Shown here piece by piece: positions 9,963-20,119 of a stretch of DNA of 55,834 nt. A program made the position numbers and the translations under genes. Every line of letters starts with the position of its first letter. The stretch's first letter is position 1. Source of the DNA: an uncultured Candidatus Saccharibacteria bacterium (lineage in GTDB: Bacteria; Patescibacteriota; Minisyncoccia; Phycocordibacterales; UBA9973); assembly GCA_964450735.1 (NCBI GenBank), contig CAYVDC010000009.1, positions 1 through 55,834 on the forward strand. The letters run 5' to 3'. Below the pieces are notes generated by a model. The model ran no database searches. It saw only the letters and a program-made list of their open reading frames with translations, and was not told where the DNA came from.

Positions 9963-10967
9963 TTATTCCGATTTTGCTTCTTTTTTGTCTGAGTGTCCGT
10001 GCGCATCTACTTCATACGCAGTATTCTGCGCTTCGAAGAAGTTGACGAGTTCGTACACGTCAGTCGCGCCAGTCATCCACTTTGCTGGGTTGGTGGCGTT
10101 GTAATGCTTCGGCATTCCCAATTCTTCGAGACGTCGGTCAGCGACGTATTTAACGTACTGGTTTACGTATTCAGCATTGAGACCAAGAATTCCTGTTGGG
10201 AACAAATCCTGGTTGTACGCTACTTCGAGTTCAACACCGTCGATGATAATCTGTCGGATTTCGTCAGCGAATTCTGCTGTGAGCAATTCTGGATTTTCTT
10301 CGAGGATGTTCATGATTAAGTTCATGCCGAACTTGAGGTGCAGTGATTCATCGCGGATAACCCAGTTGATCATTGAAGCGAAGTTGCGGAGCTTGTTTCG
10401 CTGTCGGAATGAAAGCACCACCATGAAGCCTGAGTAGAACCAGATACCTTCCATGACGATGTTTGTAGCAACGAGGTTTCGAATGAAATCCTTCTTGCCT
10501 TCAGCTGTTGTGATATCAAGCGTAACTTCTGTCATACGCTTGAGGTAGTTGGTGATGAATGCCTCTTTCTTGATCATTGAATCAGTTTCCGTGTGGATCT
10601 GGTAGATAGTATCGCGATCCATCGGGAATGTTTCGAGAACGTATTCAAAGGCTACACAGTGGTTCGCTTCTTCCCACATTTGTTTTGCGAGATAGAGGTG
10701 GCATTCCGGTGATTTGATATATGGATAGACACCAAGCGCGAGCGATCGGTTAACGATCAATTCACCTGGGTTAAAGAATGACATCAAAAACTTCACCGCA
10801 TGTCGCTCGTCTTCGGTCATGTCTTCCCAGTCTTTCAAATCTTCTCCGAGCGGGATTTCGTGTGGGAACCAAGTGTTTCGAACTGCTTGGTTATACAGTT
10901 CATATGCCCACTTGTAATGCATGGGGTGCAGGCTTGTATCTTCAGGGGTGGCTTTTCCGATAAGCAT
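9963..10967 (-). CDS. nrdB: Ribonucleotide reductase, class I beta subunit
   Basis: Ferritin-like di-iron motifs are present (EEANHCVAFEYV, VMEGIWFYSGF, RDESLHL). It is adjacent to the alpha subunit gene. Confidence 0.9.
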   Translation of the reverse strand: MLIGKATPEDTSLHPMHYKWAYELYNQAVRNTWFPHEIPLGEDLKDWEDMTEDERHAVKFLMSFFNPGELIVNRSLALGVYPYIKSPECHLYLAKQMWEEANHCVAFEYVLETFPMDRDTIYQIHTETDSMIKKEAFITNYLKRMTEVTLDITTAEGKKDFIRNLVATNIVMEGIWFYSGFMVVLSFRQRNKLRNFASMINWVIRDESLHLKFGMNLIMNILEENPELLTAEFADEIRQIIIDGVELEVAYNQDLFPTGILGLNAEYVNQYVKYVADRRLEELGMPKHYNATNPAKWMTGATDVYELVNFFEAQNTAYEVDAHGHSDKKEAKSE

Positions 10968-10998
10968 AAGGTAACTCGTACGTTAGTGGTTTAAATAA

Positions 10999-13704
10999 TT
11001 ACTGACATCCATCACACAATAGTGCGTCCATCGGATCTTCCGGTCCATGAACCACTACTTTTGCCCGGTTCGGGGGTGGAGCGACTGGCTTAGCCTTTGC
11101 CATTTCTGAAAGCGGCATATATGAGGCTTTTGTCTTTGCTTGCTGCTGAACTGCTTGGGGCTTTGCTTCAGTAGCAGCGGCGACTGGCTGTGGCTTCTTT
11201 TCTTCTGCTGCAGCAAATACTTGGCTGAAGTTTTGGACAGGGCTTACAACCGTTTCCTTGATATCAACTTTTTCAACTTGTGTTGGAGTAGTGATTTCAA
11301 CTTCAACTTCTGTCTGTTTTACCTGGAACAATCCGGAGAATCCTTTCTGTCCCTGGGCTGCTGATTTGTTAACGGTTGTTGTTGACTGCTCAGCCGTGTG
11401 TTTTGGCTTCATGTGGAGGTAGTACGTAGTCTTGAGTCCCTTCTCCCATGCAGTTGAGTAAATCTTCATGACATCGTTGATGTCTCGAGTCTCGAGGTAC
11501 ATGTTTCGTGAGATGGCCTGGTCTACCCATTTCTGAGCACGAGCGGCGATTTCAATGAAAGCGTATGGAGATGTTGAGAATGATGTCTTGTAGATATTTT
11601 TGACATGCTCAGGAATCTCAGCGATGTCTTCGAGGTTTCCGTGATTTTCGAGGATCTGTTCTCGAGTCTTGTCCCAGAGCTCGAGGGCACGGAGATCAGC
11701 GACGAGGTTAGGGTTGATCTCCAGGTATTTTCCTGAGATTTTGTTTCGTGAGAACATCTGAGCAAATCGTGGGTCGATACCTGGTGATGTTCCTGCTACG
11801 AGACCGATGTTTGCGTTTGGAGCGATAGCGAGCACTGTTGCGTTTCGAACTCCCTTGCGAACTTTTTTGCGGAGAAGATCCCAATCAAGTTCAGGAATTC
11901 CCTTTAAGCTTCCAGTTGGAATTGTGAGGGCGATATTTCGCTCAGTTTCGAGTTTCTTGATGGTATCAATTGGAACCTGTCCTTTTGACCAGCCTGAACC
12001 TTCGAAGTTCTTGTAGCTGCCGCGCTCTGCAGCGAGGATGGTGCTTTCATCAATAGCCATGTAGCTGATGAATTCAAATACTTTGTCAGTAAGATCGTGT
12101 GCTGCTTCGTCTTCGTATGAAAGTCCGAGCTGTTCGATCGCGTCTGAAAGTCCCATGAGACCGAGACCGACTGCGCGGTTCTCTGAGTCGGCTTTGATTG
12201 CTTCAGGGATTGGGAGCTTGTTTACGTCGATAAGGTTATCGAGCTGGCGGATTGAAAGACGAGCTGATTCTTCGAGACGGTGCCAGTCGATCTGCTTTGC
12301 AATAATGTGTTTTGCGAGGTTGATTGAAATAAGGTTACAAACAGCAACGTTTTCTCGGTTCTGAGGAAGCGTGACCTCAGTACAGAGGTTAGATGCGTGA
12401 ATAGTACCTGTGTTGTTGTTGAGGGCACGTACGTTAATAGCGTCCTTCCAGGTGAGCCATGGGTGTGAGGTTGTTTCGAGGGAAACGAGGATGTTCTTGT
12501 ATTGCTGTCGAGCAGGCAATTTCTTCCACATTTTGATCTCTCCCCGTTCTGCCATGTCGCAGTACTCCTGGTAGCGTTTTGAAAACGCAGTACCGTAGAG
12601 TTCGACAAGGTCAATAACTTCTTTTGGATCAAAGAGATACCAGTCTTTGTCTTCGCGAACACGGTTCATGAATTCGTCTGAGAGATACACTGCAATGTTC
12701 GCAGTTCGAGTTCGGCGATAGTCATCACCAGCGTTTTGCTTGAGGTCGATGAAGTCCTGGAAGTCGAGGTGCCAGTTTTCCATATAGAAACACAGAGCGC
12801 CTTTCTTTTTTCCTCCACGCTGAACAGCACGAACAGCTGAGTCGATAATATGCATGAATGGAATTGGTCCAGATGAAACAGTATTGTTTGATTTGAGAAC
12901 TGAGCCGCTTGCACGGAGTTTGGTAACTGAAAGTCCGATTCCTCCTGTTGCCTTTGAAAGCATGAGGACATCTGAAACAGTTTTACCGATGTGTTCCATG
13001 TCATCTTCGAGCTGCATCAAGAAACAGTTTGAAAGTGAAGGTCGTGTTGTTCCCGCTCCGATGTTTGTTGAGCCTGCTGAGAGGTACTCAAGTCGTGACA
13101 TCTTGTCGTAAAACTTGATAGCCCACTCAGTTGGATTTTTCTCTTTGAGAGACATGCCCATGGCAACACGCATCCAGAAGTACTGCGGTGTTTCGAGTGG
13201 AGACTGCTTTGAATCTTTGGTGAGGTATCGGTCCTTCATTGTTGAAAGGCCGGAGTATTTGTAGAGGTCGTCGCGTTCAAGCTTGAGGGCTTTGGAAAGC
13301 TCTTCGAGGTCAAATTTTTCGTTTAGGCGTTTATCGAGAAGTCCAAGCTCTACACCAAGGCGGATGTAGTGCTGGAAGTGGCCGCGGTGAAGCGTTGCCA
13401 ATTCTTCCTTGGTGTCGTAAGAACCAAGAACTTTTTTGTAGATCGTTTTGATGAGAAGTCGTGTAGCGATCTTGTCGTAGTCGAGATCGTACTGTGCGTT
13501 TTGAAGCGCAGCGTTGATCGTAGCTTCATCCATTTCTTCTGAGGTAATACCATCGTACAGCGTAAGATGGGTCTCAGTAGCAATCTGCGTAACTTTTTCA
13601 ATCGGATTTGGAATACCGTAACAAGCGTTCTCAATCGAACGATTGATGCGATCTGCGTTAAATGGTTCGCGCGTTCCGTCGCGCTTGGTGATGGATGTTG
13701 TCAT
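10999..13704 (-). CDS. nrdA: Ribonucleotide reductase, class I alpha subunit with ATP-cone
   Basis: The N-terminal ATP-cone reads ITKRDGTREPFNADRINRSIENA. The catalytic core contains LSNCFL and NLCTEV. A TTYYL motif is followed by a long low-complexity tail ending in CDGCQ. Confidence 0.9.
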   Translation of the reverse strand: MTTSITKRDGTREPFNADRINRSIENACYGIPNPIEKVTQIATETHLTLYDGITSEEMDEATINAALQNAQYDLDYDKIATRLLIKTIYKKVLGSYDTKEELATLHRGHFQHYIRLGVELGLLDKRLNEKFDLEELSKALKLERDDLYKYSGLSTMKDRYLTKDSKQSPLETPQYFWMRVAMGMSLKEKNPTEWAIKFYDKMSRLEYLSAGSTNIGAGTTRPSLSNCFLMQLEDDMEHIGKTVSDVLMLSKATGGIGLSVTKLRASGSVLKSNNTVSSGPIPFMHIIDSAVRAVQRGGKKKGALCFYMENWHLDFQDFIDLKQNAGDDYRRTRTANIAVYLSDEFMNRVREDKDWYLFDPKEVIDLVELYGTAFSKRYQEYCDMAERGEIKMWKKLPARQQYKNILVSLETTSHPWLTWKDAINVRALNNNTGTIHASNLCTEVTLPQNRENVAVCNLISINLAKHIIAKQIDWHRLEESARLSIRQLDNLIDVNKLPIPEAIKADSENRAVGLGLMGLSDAIEQLGLSYEDEAAHDLTDKVFEFISYMAIDESTILAAERGSYKNFEGSGWSKGQVPIDTIKKLETERNIALTIPTGSLKGIPELDWDLLRKKVRKGVRNATVLAIAPNANIGLVAGTSPGIDPRFAQMFSRNKISGKYLEINPNLVADLRALELWDKTREQILENHGNLEDIAEIPEHVKNIYKTSFSTSPYAFIEIAARAQKWVDQAISRNMYLETRDINDVMKIYSTAWEKGLKTTYYLHMKPKHTAEQSTTTVNKSAAQGQKGFSGLFQVKQTEVEVEITTPTQVEKVDIKETVVSPVQNFSQVFAAAEEKKPQPVAAATEAKPQAVQQQAKTKASYMPLSEMAKAKPVAPPPNRAKVVVHGPEDPMDALLCDGCQ

Positions 13705-13875
13705 ACGACTTCTCGATAAACTATGGTAATAAAATTATGAATAAAGGTGCCTAAACGAGACCTGTCATCGGGCGTCAAAGACGGCACACTCTTCCGAGCG
13801 TTCCGTTAGACCTTTAAGCAGCCGCACAACCGATTTCGTTCCCTTATTTTAGCATAAAAAAAATATCAAATACCC

Positions 13876-13884
13876 TGTGGATAG
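13876..13884 (-). promoter_or_regulatory. DnaA-box-like 9-mer upstream of nrdA
   Basis: tgtggatag is the reverse complement of CTATCCACA, one mismatch from TTATCCACA. It lies about 170 nt upstream of the nrdA start. It is a single site only. Confidence 0.3.
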
Positions 13885-14032
13885 GTATCAATTTCAGGCA
13901 AAGAACACGACACAAAGTCAGGGTCAATTAGGAGAAATTTTTAGGCAAAAACTGAATGAAAATATAAGGCTCTTTCTGCTGTTGACAGGATTACTGCAAG
14001 TAGTATGCTGAAATTAAATAAATCTTTAATCT

Positions 14033-14581
14033 ATGGGTATAGCATTCTCCTTGGGAGTAATCATTGTCCTTGGTCTTTGGATATTTTTTGGATACATCTG
14101 GGACTATCCACTACGGAAGATTCGTGAACTATCACCCGCGAAGCTTCATCTTATGTTTGCTTGCATTCTGCCAATACTACTGCTCTCTATTTTCTTTCCG
14201 CAGTGGCTGTCAGAGATGCTGTCGAAACTGATTCCTACATCACGGGCTGCGCTTCGCATTGAAGCAGTTACACTTACAGGCACCCTTTCTTTTATATTTC
14301 AATACGCTTCATACATCCATGAGCAGGCATTGGAAAAAAATCACAAAAAAACAAACGCAACAGTGGTACGTTCACACCTTATTCTTGTTGTACTTTGTAC
14401 CTGTATGATTGCCCTGTTAATGATACTATTACACAATGCATTAAGCATGCATTGGCTACCTGCTCTCTTACTTTCTGTTTGGCTTGGCACCTCAAGTCAA
14501 GTCATCATAAGAATTGAGACCGAAATATTTTCTGATGCTACCAAGCATTCACGAAAGAAAAAAACAGCTAAAACAAAATGA
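14033..14581 (+). CDS. Hypothetical membrane protein
   Basis: 182 aa with about 5 TM helices and a basic C-terminus. Confidence 0.5.
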   Translation: MGIAFSLGVIIVLGLWIFFGYIWDYPLRKIRELSPAKLHLMFACILPILLLSIFFPQWLSEMLSKLIPTSRAALRIEAVTLTGTLSFIFQYASYIHEQALEKNHKKTNATVVRSHLILVVLCTCMIALLMILLHNALSMHWLPALLLSVWLGTSSQVIIRIETEIFSDATKHSRKKKTAKTK

Positions 14582-14615
14582 ACGAAAGCCTTCGGCTTTC
14601 GTTCATTTTTCTTTT
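14580..14615. terminator. Rho-independent terminator between convergent genes
   Basis: A 10-bp stem pairs aacgaaagcc (14581-14590) with ggctttcgtt (14594-14603), with loop ttc, and is followed by a T-rich tract. Confidence 0.55.
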
Positions 14616-15325
14616 TATCCATTTACGAAATGCGATACTCCGTTCAAAATGTCATCGATGCTGTCAGTGATGACAAACAATTCTTCGTCCCACATATCGA
14701 TATATTCAAATGGCTCAATATGATTTTTTACAAATTCGAGAATTGGCGACCAGTAGTCAGTGCCAAACAGATAAATTGGAGCGGGCGGGACTTTCTTTGT
14801 TTGGATAAGCGTGAGAAATTCAAAAAATTCATCAAGCGTTCCATATCCTCCAGGAAAATAAATAAACGCTCGTGATGAATATGTCATGATCACTTTTCGG
14901 GTAAAGAAGAAGTGGAAATTCATCGAACCCGTAACATACTCATTGAACTTTTGTTCAGATGGAAGTTTGATGCCGATACCAATCGAAATACCATCGGCCT
15001 CGCGTGCGCCTCGGTTTGCTGCTTCCATGATACCAGGACCTCCACCAGTCGTAACAACCATGCCGTGCTCTTTTGCAAAACGATAGCCAAGTTCTCGGGC
15101 TTTTTCATAATAAAAATCTCCCTCGGGAGTACGAGCAGAACCAAGCACAGTAACCATATTTGGATACTCCTTGATGAAATCAAATCCCTGACCTAGCTCT
15201 TCTTCTACAACGCAGAGCATTTGCTTTTCTCGATCTGACGGGGCGATGCCGCGGCAGATTTTTTTTATTTCCTCGGTTGTTAGACCTACAGTAGAGGTGG
15301 TTCGCACATCAGGGTTGGGATTCAT
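14615..15325 (-). CDS. LOG-family protein (TIGR00730 / cytokinin riboside 5'-monophosphate phosphoribohydrolase-like)
   Basis: The motifs VVTTGGGPGIMEAANRGA and YFPGGYGTLDEFFE are present. Confidence 0.85.
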   Translation of the reverse strand: MNPNPDVRTTSTVGLTTEEIKKICRGIAPSDREKQMLCVVEEELGQGFDFIKEYPNMVTVLGSARTPEGDFYYEKARELGYRFAKEHGMVVTTGGGPGIMEAANRGAREADGISIGIGIKLPSEQKFNEYVTGSMNFHFFFTRKVIMTYSSRAFIYFPGGYGTLDEFFEFLTLIQTKKVPPAPIYLFGTDYWSPILEFVKNHIEPFEYIDMWDEELFVITDSIDDILNGVSHFVNG

Positions 15326-15354
15326 ATATGCATGAGTATATCATATCGCGCTTC

Positions 15355-15903
15355 CTATTTCCCGCTCGCTCTACGAAGGAGTTCTTGCTCAAGGGCTGCG
15401 GCAGTAGCAGTATCAAGAATAGGCAGATCTCCCCAGCTTTTTGCGCTGTGGGCGTCATTTGTACCGGCAGTTTCAACAATCACTCGAGTAATTCCCCATG
15501 TTTTTTCATTGAAAGATTGTGCGTGGTTTACCGTTTGAATTTGACGATATGGCATTGCAATCTCAGATTTTGAAATAAGGCCAGAGCTCACATGAAAAGC
15601 AAATTCATCAAACATAAAAGTGACGGAAGAGTATTGGATATACGAAGTAAGGACAATAAAAAGCAACACCAAGACTCCAAACGTCACAAGACCTGGTACA
15701 CCATATGAGGAAATAAGCTTTGGATCAAACGGAATATATCCCGCTAACTGAGGACTGTTTACTATGAATTTTTCCAAGAATGAAATCGCGACGGCGATGA
15801 TACCACACGCAATTACAACAGGAATAAAACGCGTAGTAATAAAGTAGATCAATACTTTTTTGCCTGGCTTGTAATAAAGACCATTCTCAAATGTAGGTTG
15901 CAT
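15355..15903 (-). CDS. Membrane protein with bacterial PH (bPH_2/YdbT-like) domain
   Basis: Two to three N-terminal TM helices are followed by a soluble C-terminal domain (ISKSEIAMPYRQIQTVN...GITRVIVETAG), resembling DUF304/bPH. Confidence 0.55.
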   Translation of the reverse strand: MQPTFENGLYYKPGKKVLIYFITTRFIPVVIACGIIAVAISFLEKFIVNSPQLAGYIPFDPKLISSYGVPGLVTFGVLVLLFIVLTSYIQYSSVTFMFDEFAFHVSSGLISKSEIAMPYRQIQTVNHAQSFNEKTWGITRVIVETAGTNDAHSAKSWGDLPILDTATAAALEQELLRRASGK

Positions 15904-15954
15904 ATACAGCCATTATCTCCCGAATACATAGGGAGTGCAATAGTAGCACTATTT

Positions 15955-17688
15955 TTATTTCCTTTGATCAAATTTTTTCCTGTCAGGAAAGAGTACCCGC
16001 GCTAAACGCAATTCATTGTAGGTGTATTTTTCATTGAAGTATTCATGCACGGGACCAAGCCAAATAGTTTCAAGCTTTGAAAAAGCACTATGGATTTTCG
16101 GGAGGTCTTTTTCTAATGCTGGCGAAACATAATTAAGCACATCTTCGAGACTCAGCTTGCCTTCATCAAAGAGACGCTCAATATGGCCAAATATTGTTTG
16201 GTCTGAAAAACCTCTCTCTTTGGCAATATCCGAAATTTTCTTGCCAGCCTTGATGAGCTCAAGCGTCGCAGCATACGTATCCCCTTTTTTTGCTTTTGGT
16301 GATCCAACTGGTTTTGTTTTTTGAACTTTTTTAATTTTTTTCTTGAGGGTACCGCCGCTGCCGAGTATGAAGTTTTCATGCATCGTTTCGAGTTCAGGCT
16401 GAGGGAGTGCATTGAAAGCGGTACGAGCTGCTTCTGACTTTTCCTTGAACTCGTTATCAACTTCCAAAATCTCTGGATGAACTTGGAGTGATTTTTCATT
16501 CCATCCAAGAAGATACAATCCCTTGAGCGTTCGTACTCGCGAAAGCGCCACATATCCCTGGCCGTATTCAAATGACGCTGAAAGATCCATGACTGCAGCG
16601 TCCAAGCTCATGCCTTGGCTTTTGTGTACTGTCATTGCCCATGCGAGACGAAGCGGTACTTGCACAATGCGCGCGCGTACTTTGCCATTCTCTTCGATTG
16701 CCCATTCCATTGGTTCAGCGGTAATAGTTCGTCCATCGCGAGTCTCAACAACTGGATTACTTGAATACGGATCAAAGCCGATTACGATGCCGAGCGTTCC
16801 GTTTGCGTATCCCACATTGGGATTGTTTTTGGTAAACATCACCGCAGCACCCACTTTAAGTGTTAGCGTTTCCGGCGACAAACAACTTCGAGTAAGTGAA
16901 GCGACAAGCGCGGCAGCTCCCTCACCTTCCATTTGATATGTATGGCTGTCTGTCTGTAATTGGCCGAGAGCGCGGTCATTTAATAGATCAACATTCGCAT
17001 TATGTGGAAATAGTTTTGGAACGTCTTCGGGAAGATCATCATAATGCGAGATGCGCGCAGTTAAAACATCAAAATGTTCCTCTTCTAAAGTGTTGGTTCG
17101 CAGCGCAGAAAGGAATGACAAAAAGATTGGGTCTTCTTGGCGGTGCTGTTCGTGCAAATAGCAGATAACTGGGTTGAGCGATTTCCATGCTTCAGAAATA
17201 AATGCGAATTTTGTTTGGCTGTTTTCTTCCCGATTGATAGGCGGCAACTGAAAAAAATCTCCGACGAGAATTGTCTGTATGCCCCCGAATGGCTCATCGC
17301 TTCGTTTGATCTCGCGACAAACACGGTCAACCATATCTAGCGTTGTGCTATCGAGCATTGATATCTCGTCGATGATCAAAACCTTTGTCTTGCCGACACG
17401 GCGCACAACATACTCGTTTGTCGCAATAGTATCAAGATCATGGTCACTCAAAAATTTCTTTATGCCGATGCCGCTCCATGAGTGAATCGTCATGCCATGG
17501 ATATGAGTTGCAGCTATGCCAGTGGAAGCCGTAATAGCAGGCTCAATTCCATGCTCCTGTAAATACCGTACATATGTGCCGATGGTATAGCTTTTGCCCG
17601 AACCAGGCTCCCCTGTCAGATATACGTTCGCGCCTGTTTTGAGAATAGTAAGTGCCTCGGCCTGGGTCATGGAACCAGTATACCTCAA
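15955..17688 (-). CDS. PIF1/RecD-like SF1 ATP-dependent DNA helicase with C-terminal helix-turn-helix region
   Basis: Walker A is LTGEPGSGKSY and Walker B is LIIDEISM. The motifs VGDFFQLPP and TVHKSQG are also present. The alternative start M7 (17670) is equally plausible. Confidence 0.8.
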   Translation of the reverse strand: MRYTGSMTQAEALTILKTGANVYLTGEPGSGKSYTIGTYVRYLQEHGIEPAITASTGIAATHIHGMTIHSWSGIGIKKFLSDHDLDTIATNEYVVRRVGKTKVLIIDEISMLDSTTLDMVDRVCREIKRSDEPFGGIQTILVGDFFQLPPINREENSQTKFAFISEAWKSLNPVICYLHEQHRQEDPIFLSFLSALRTNTLEEEHFDVLTARISHYDDLPEDVPKLFPHNANVDLLNDRALGQLQTDSHTYQMEGEGAAALVASLTRSCLSPETLTLKVGAAVMFTKNNPNVGYANGTLGIVIGFDPYSSNPVVETRDGRTITAEPMEWAIEENGKVRARIVQVPLRLAWAMTVHKSQGMSLDAAVMDLSASFEYGQGYVALSRVRTLKGLYLLGWNEKSLQVHPEILEVDNEFKEKSEAARTAFNALPQPELETMHENFILGSGGTLKKKIKKVQKTKPVGSPKAKKGDTYAATLELIKAGKKISDIAKERGFSDQTIFGHIERLFDEGKLSLEDVLNYVSPALEKDLPKIHSAFSKLETIWLGPVHEYFNEKYTYNELRLARVLFPDRKKFDQRK

Positions 17689-17815
17689 GAAAAGTAAATT
17701 TATACTGAAAACTTTATAAATTCTTTATCTCCAATTTGTATACTCCATACGCCTGCAAATGGCCTTATTAACTAACGAGCTTTCTACTCACCTGAAAAGC
17801 TCATGCAAATCTAGT

Positions 17816-18487
17816 ATGCGTATACTTGTAGTAGAAGACGATGTGGAGGTGCGCCTCGCTCTCGTTGAAAATTTAAAGTCAGCTTCGTTTGCCGTCGATG
17901 CCACGAACTGCGGAGAAAAAGGCTCATACATGGCTCGAGCGAACGACTATGATCTTATAGTGCTTGATTACATGCTTCCCAAAAAAGACGGCCACCGAGT
18001 TTGCCGTGACATACGCGAAAGCCAAAAAGGCACGCCCATCATCATGCTCTCAGTGCGCGGTGCCGTTGATGACAAGATCGACATGCTTAACTCTGGCGCT
18101 GACGACTATTTGGCAAAACCATTTTCATTTGAGGAATTGCATGCCCGCATCAAAGCTATCACTCGCCGACCGCGGGAGGTTCGCAATCCTGTCATCGTTG
18201 CATCAGACATCACGATCGATTCAGATAAACAGTCAGTCCTCAGGGGAAACAAAGAAATCTATCTAACCCGCAAAGAATTTAGCTTGCTGCAATATCTCGC
18301 CAGCAACAAAGGCCGTGTCGTTTCGCGCGGACAAATCATGGAACATGTCTGGGATCTCGGCAGCGATCCGTTTTCAAACACCATTGAAGCGCATATTCTC
18401 AACCTGCGTAAAAAGCTCGGCGTGCGCAAGCAAAAATTAATTCATACTGTTCCGGGCAGAGGTTATAAATTTGATACGCAAGGATAA
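17816..18487 (+). CDS. OmpR-family response regulator
   Basis: The receiver domain reads MRILVVEDD...DLIVLDYMLPKKDG, and the winged-helix output reads TRKEFSLLQYL...TVPGRGYKF. The start was set at M20 of ORF 17759..18487. Confidence 0.85.
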   Translation: MRILVVEDDVEVRLALVENLKSASFAVDATNCGEKGSYMARANDYDLIVLDYMLPKKDGHRVCRDIRESQKGTPIIMLSVRGAVDDKIDMLNSGADDYLAKPFSFEELHARIKAITRRPREVRNPVIVASDITIDSDKQSVLRGNKEIYLTRKEFSLLQYLASNKGRVVSRGQIMEHVWDLGSDPFSNTIEAHILNLRKKLGVRKQKLIHTVPGRGYKFDTQG

Positions 18488-18689
18488 AAGTTTTATTCAA
18501 AATTCATCTTTACTTCAGACAAGATCGGCATACTTGTATCGAAGCGGCCATTGGTCGATGGGCCAAGCTTCACGATATATGAGTACCGCTTTCGCTGGCG
18601 TCACAGGCGACGAATCGCATATGGATAGCATCTATATGATTACCGCATATTCTCATCGAGATGCTGTCCATATCCCCGGTTTGCAGTGC

Positions 18690-19694
18690 TTACATACCAG
18701 ACAATTTAAGAGCAAGCGTATCAATCAGTAGCAGCCACAGATCCCGGTGGTGCTTTTTTATTTTCATCTCGCGGACAATTCTGACAGCTTCCACGAAGTC
18801 TTTCCTAATAGATTCTTTTTCATGCTCCACTGCGCCGGTTGCCCAGGCAAGCCCGCGAATAGTTTCGATATCAGCGCGCGTAAGCGACCGAGCCATAAAA
18901 GTTTCAAATCGCATTCTTGTTTCTGGTGTTCCGCGAATGCGGATAAAGTTTGAGATGTGCGTACTTTTGCCGGTTTCAACATCACGGCAAGATTTCTTGC
19001 CCGAATCTGCATCCTGACAGAGAATATCGGAAAGATCATCAAGACGTTGGAACGCTCTGCCAAGCGCCACCCCAAGTGGAATGCTGTGTGGCTCAGGCTT
19101 TGCTGCCCCAGCAAGCGATCGACCAAGCAGCATTGGATAGATAAATGTATAGCGCGATGTTTTAAGCTGTATGACATGGTCAAGGAATGCATCAGCAGAA
19201 AATTCGTCTTCTGGTCCTGCAATATCAAGCAGCTGGCCGATCATTGTTTCTTGAGCCATCAGCGTAAATAGCGTTCTTGTTTCGAACGAGCAAGCCTCAG
19301 ACATAATTGCTTCATACGCGAGCGACATAATGTAATCTCCCCAAATAATAGCCTGCTCTTTACCGAAGAGAACATGGAATGATTGAATGCCATGGCGTAC
19401 TGGCGAATCGTCAACAATATCATCATGAATAATTGCAAAAAGATGGAAAAGTTCAAGCGAAAATAAGAGCGGAATAATGTTTGCCGGTATTCGTGGTTCT
19501 GCGCTTTCAAAAGCAAGGGCGGCTACATATGGACGTATGCGTTTGCCACCTTGTGCAAGCAAAAGCACATGCTCTATGTGGCGATGGCTTCTTGCATCAG
19601 CACCGCAGGCAAAAAACCGCTCATGCAGTTTTTCTTCTAAGTGCGGGATGAATAATAGATCGAACTGTGTTTTGAAATCAGCAAGTGTTGTCAT
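18690..19694 (-). CDS. Polyprenyl diphosphate synthase (trans-isoprenyl diphosphate synthase family)
   Basis: The first Asp-rich motif is IIHDDIVDD and the second is RLDDLSD. Confidence 0.8.
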   Translation of the reverse strand: MTTLADFKTQFDLLFIPHLEEKLHERFFACGADARSHRHIEHVLLLAQGGKRIRPYVAALAFESAEPRIPANIIPLLFSLELFHLFAIIHDDIVDDSPVRHGIQSFHVLFGKEQAIIWGDYIMSLAYEAIMSEACSFETRTLFTLMAQETMIGQLLDIAGPEDEFSADAFLDHVIQLKTSRYTFIYPMLLGRSLAGAAKPEPHSIPLGVALGRAFQRLDDLSDILCQDADSGKKSCRDVETGKSTHISNFIRIRGTPETRMRFETFMARSLTRADIETIRGLAWATGAVEHEKESIRKDFVEAVRIVREMKIKKHHRDLWLLLIDTLALKLSGM

Positions 19695-19754
19695 ACGCTC
19701 ATACTAAAAAATCGAAATGAAGGGATGGTGAATATGATTAAAATAAAAAATAAA

Positions 19755-19783
19755 ATGCGGGACGGGCGAAGCCCGTCCCGCAT
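19755..19783 (-). terminator. Rho-independent terminator of the 19811..20119 gene
   Basis: A 13-bp GC-rich stem pairs atgcgggacgggc with gcccgtcccgcat around loop gaa. A T-run follows on the minus strand (A-run 19741-19754 on the plus strand). Confidence 0.7.
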
Positions 19784-19810
19784 CATGTTGTTTTGTATTC
19801 CCTAACACTC

Positions 19811-20119
19811 TCAGTCCAAATACGATATCCTTGCTTCCTTCAAAGCTACCTGGCTACCAAAAATTGTCCCCAGGTTTGCAAAATATTCTCCGATCGAACC
19901 GAGCTCGTCTGCATCACCAACGATCTGCTGGAATTTGTCATTGAGCTCCTTGGCGGCTTGATAAAAAATGCTCGAGTTCTCATTCATGCCGTTTCTGACA
20001 AATGCTTCATGGAGCACTTCGAGCGTATACGCCTGCCCTGCCAGGAAAGCTAAGCGGGTTTTCTGAGTCGGATCAAGCGGAAGCTTGCTCACGATGCCGT
20101 GTATTTCAAGTATGTTCAT
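19811..20119 (-). CDS. Hypothetical protein (102 aa)
   Basis: An ORF with a downstream terminator and no recognisable motif. Confidence 0.45.
   Translation of the reverse strand: MNILEIHGIVSKLPLDPTQKTRLAFLAGQAYTLEVLHEAFVRNGMNENSSIFYQAAKELNDKFQQIVGDADELGSIGEYFANLGTIFGSQVALKEARISYLD

Noticed and set aside
13741-13860. I considered calling a cobalamin riboswitch in the nrdA leader.
   Set aside because: Only two short resemblances exist (AAGGGAA, and a B12-box-like GCCCGATGACAGGTC). The conserved GCCACTG core and the expected helices could not be found by eye. It is reported only as a low-interest item to check with a covariance model.
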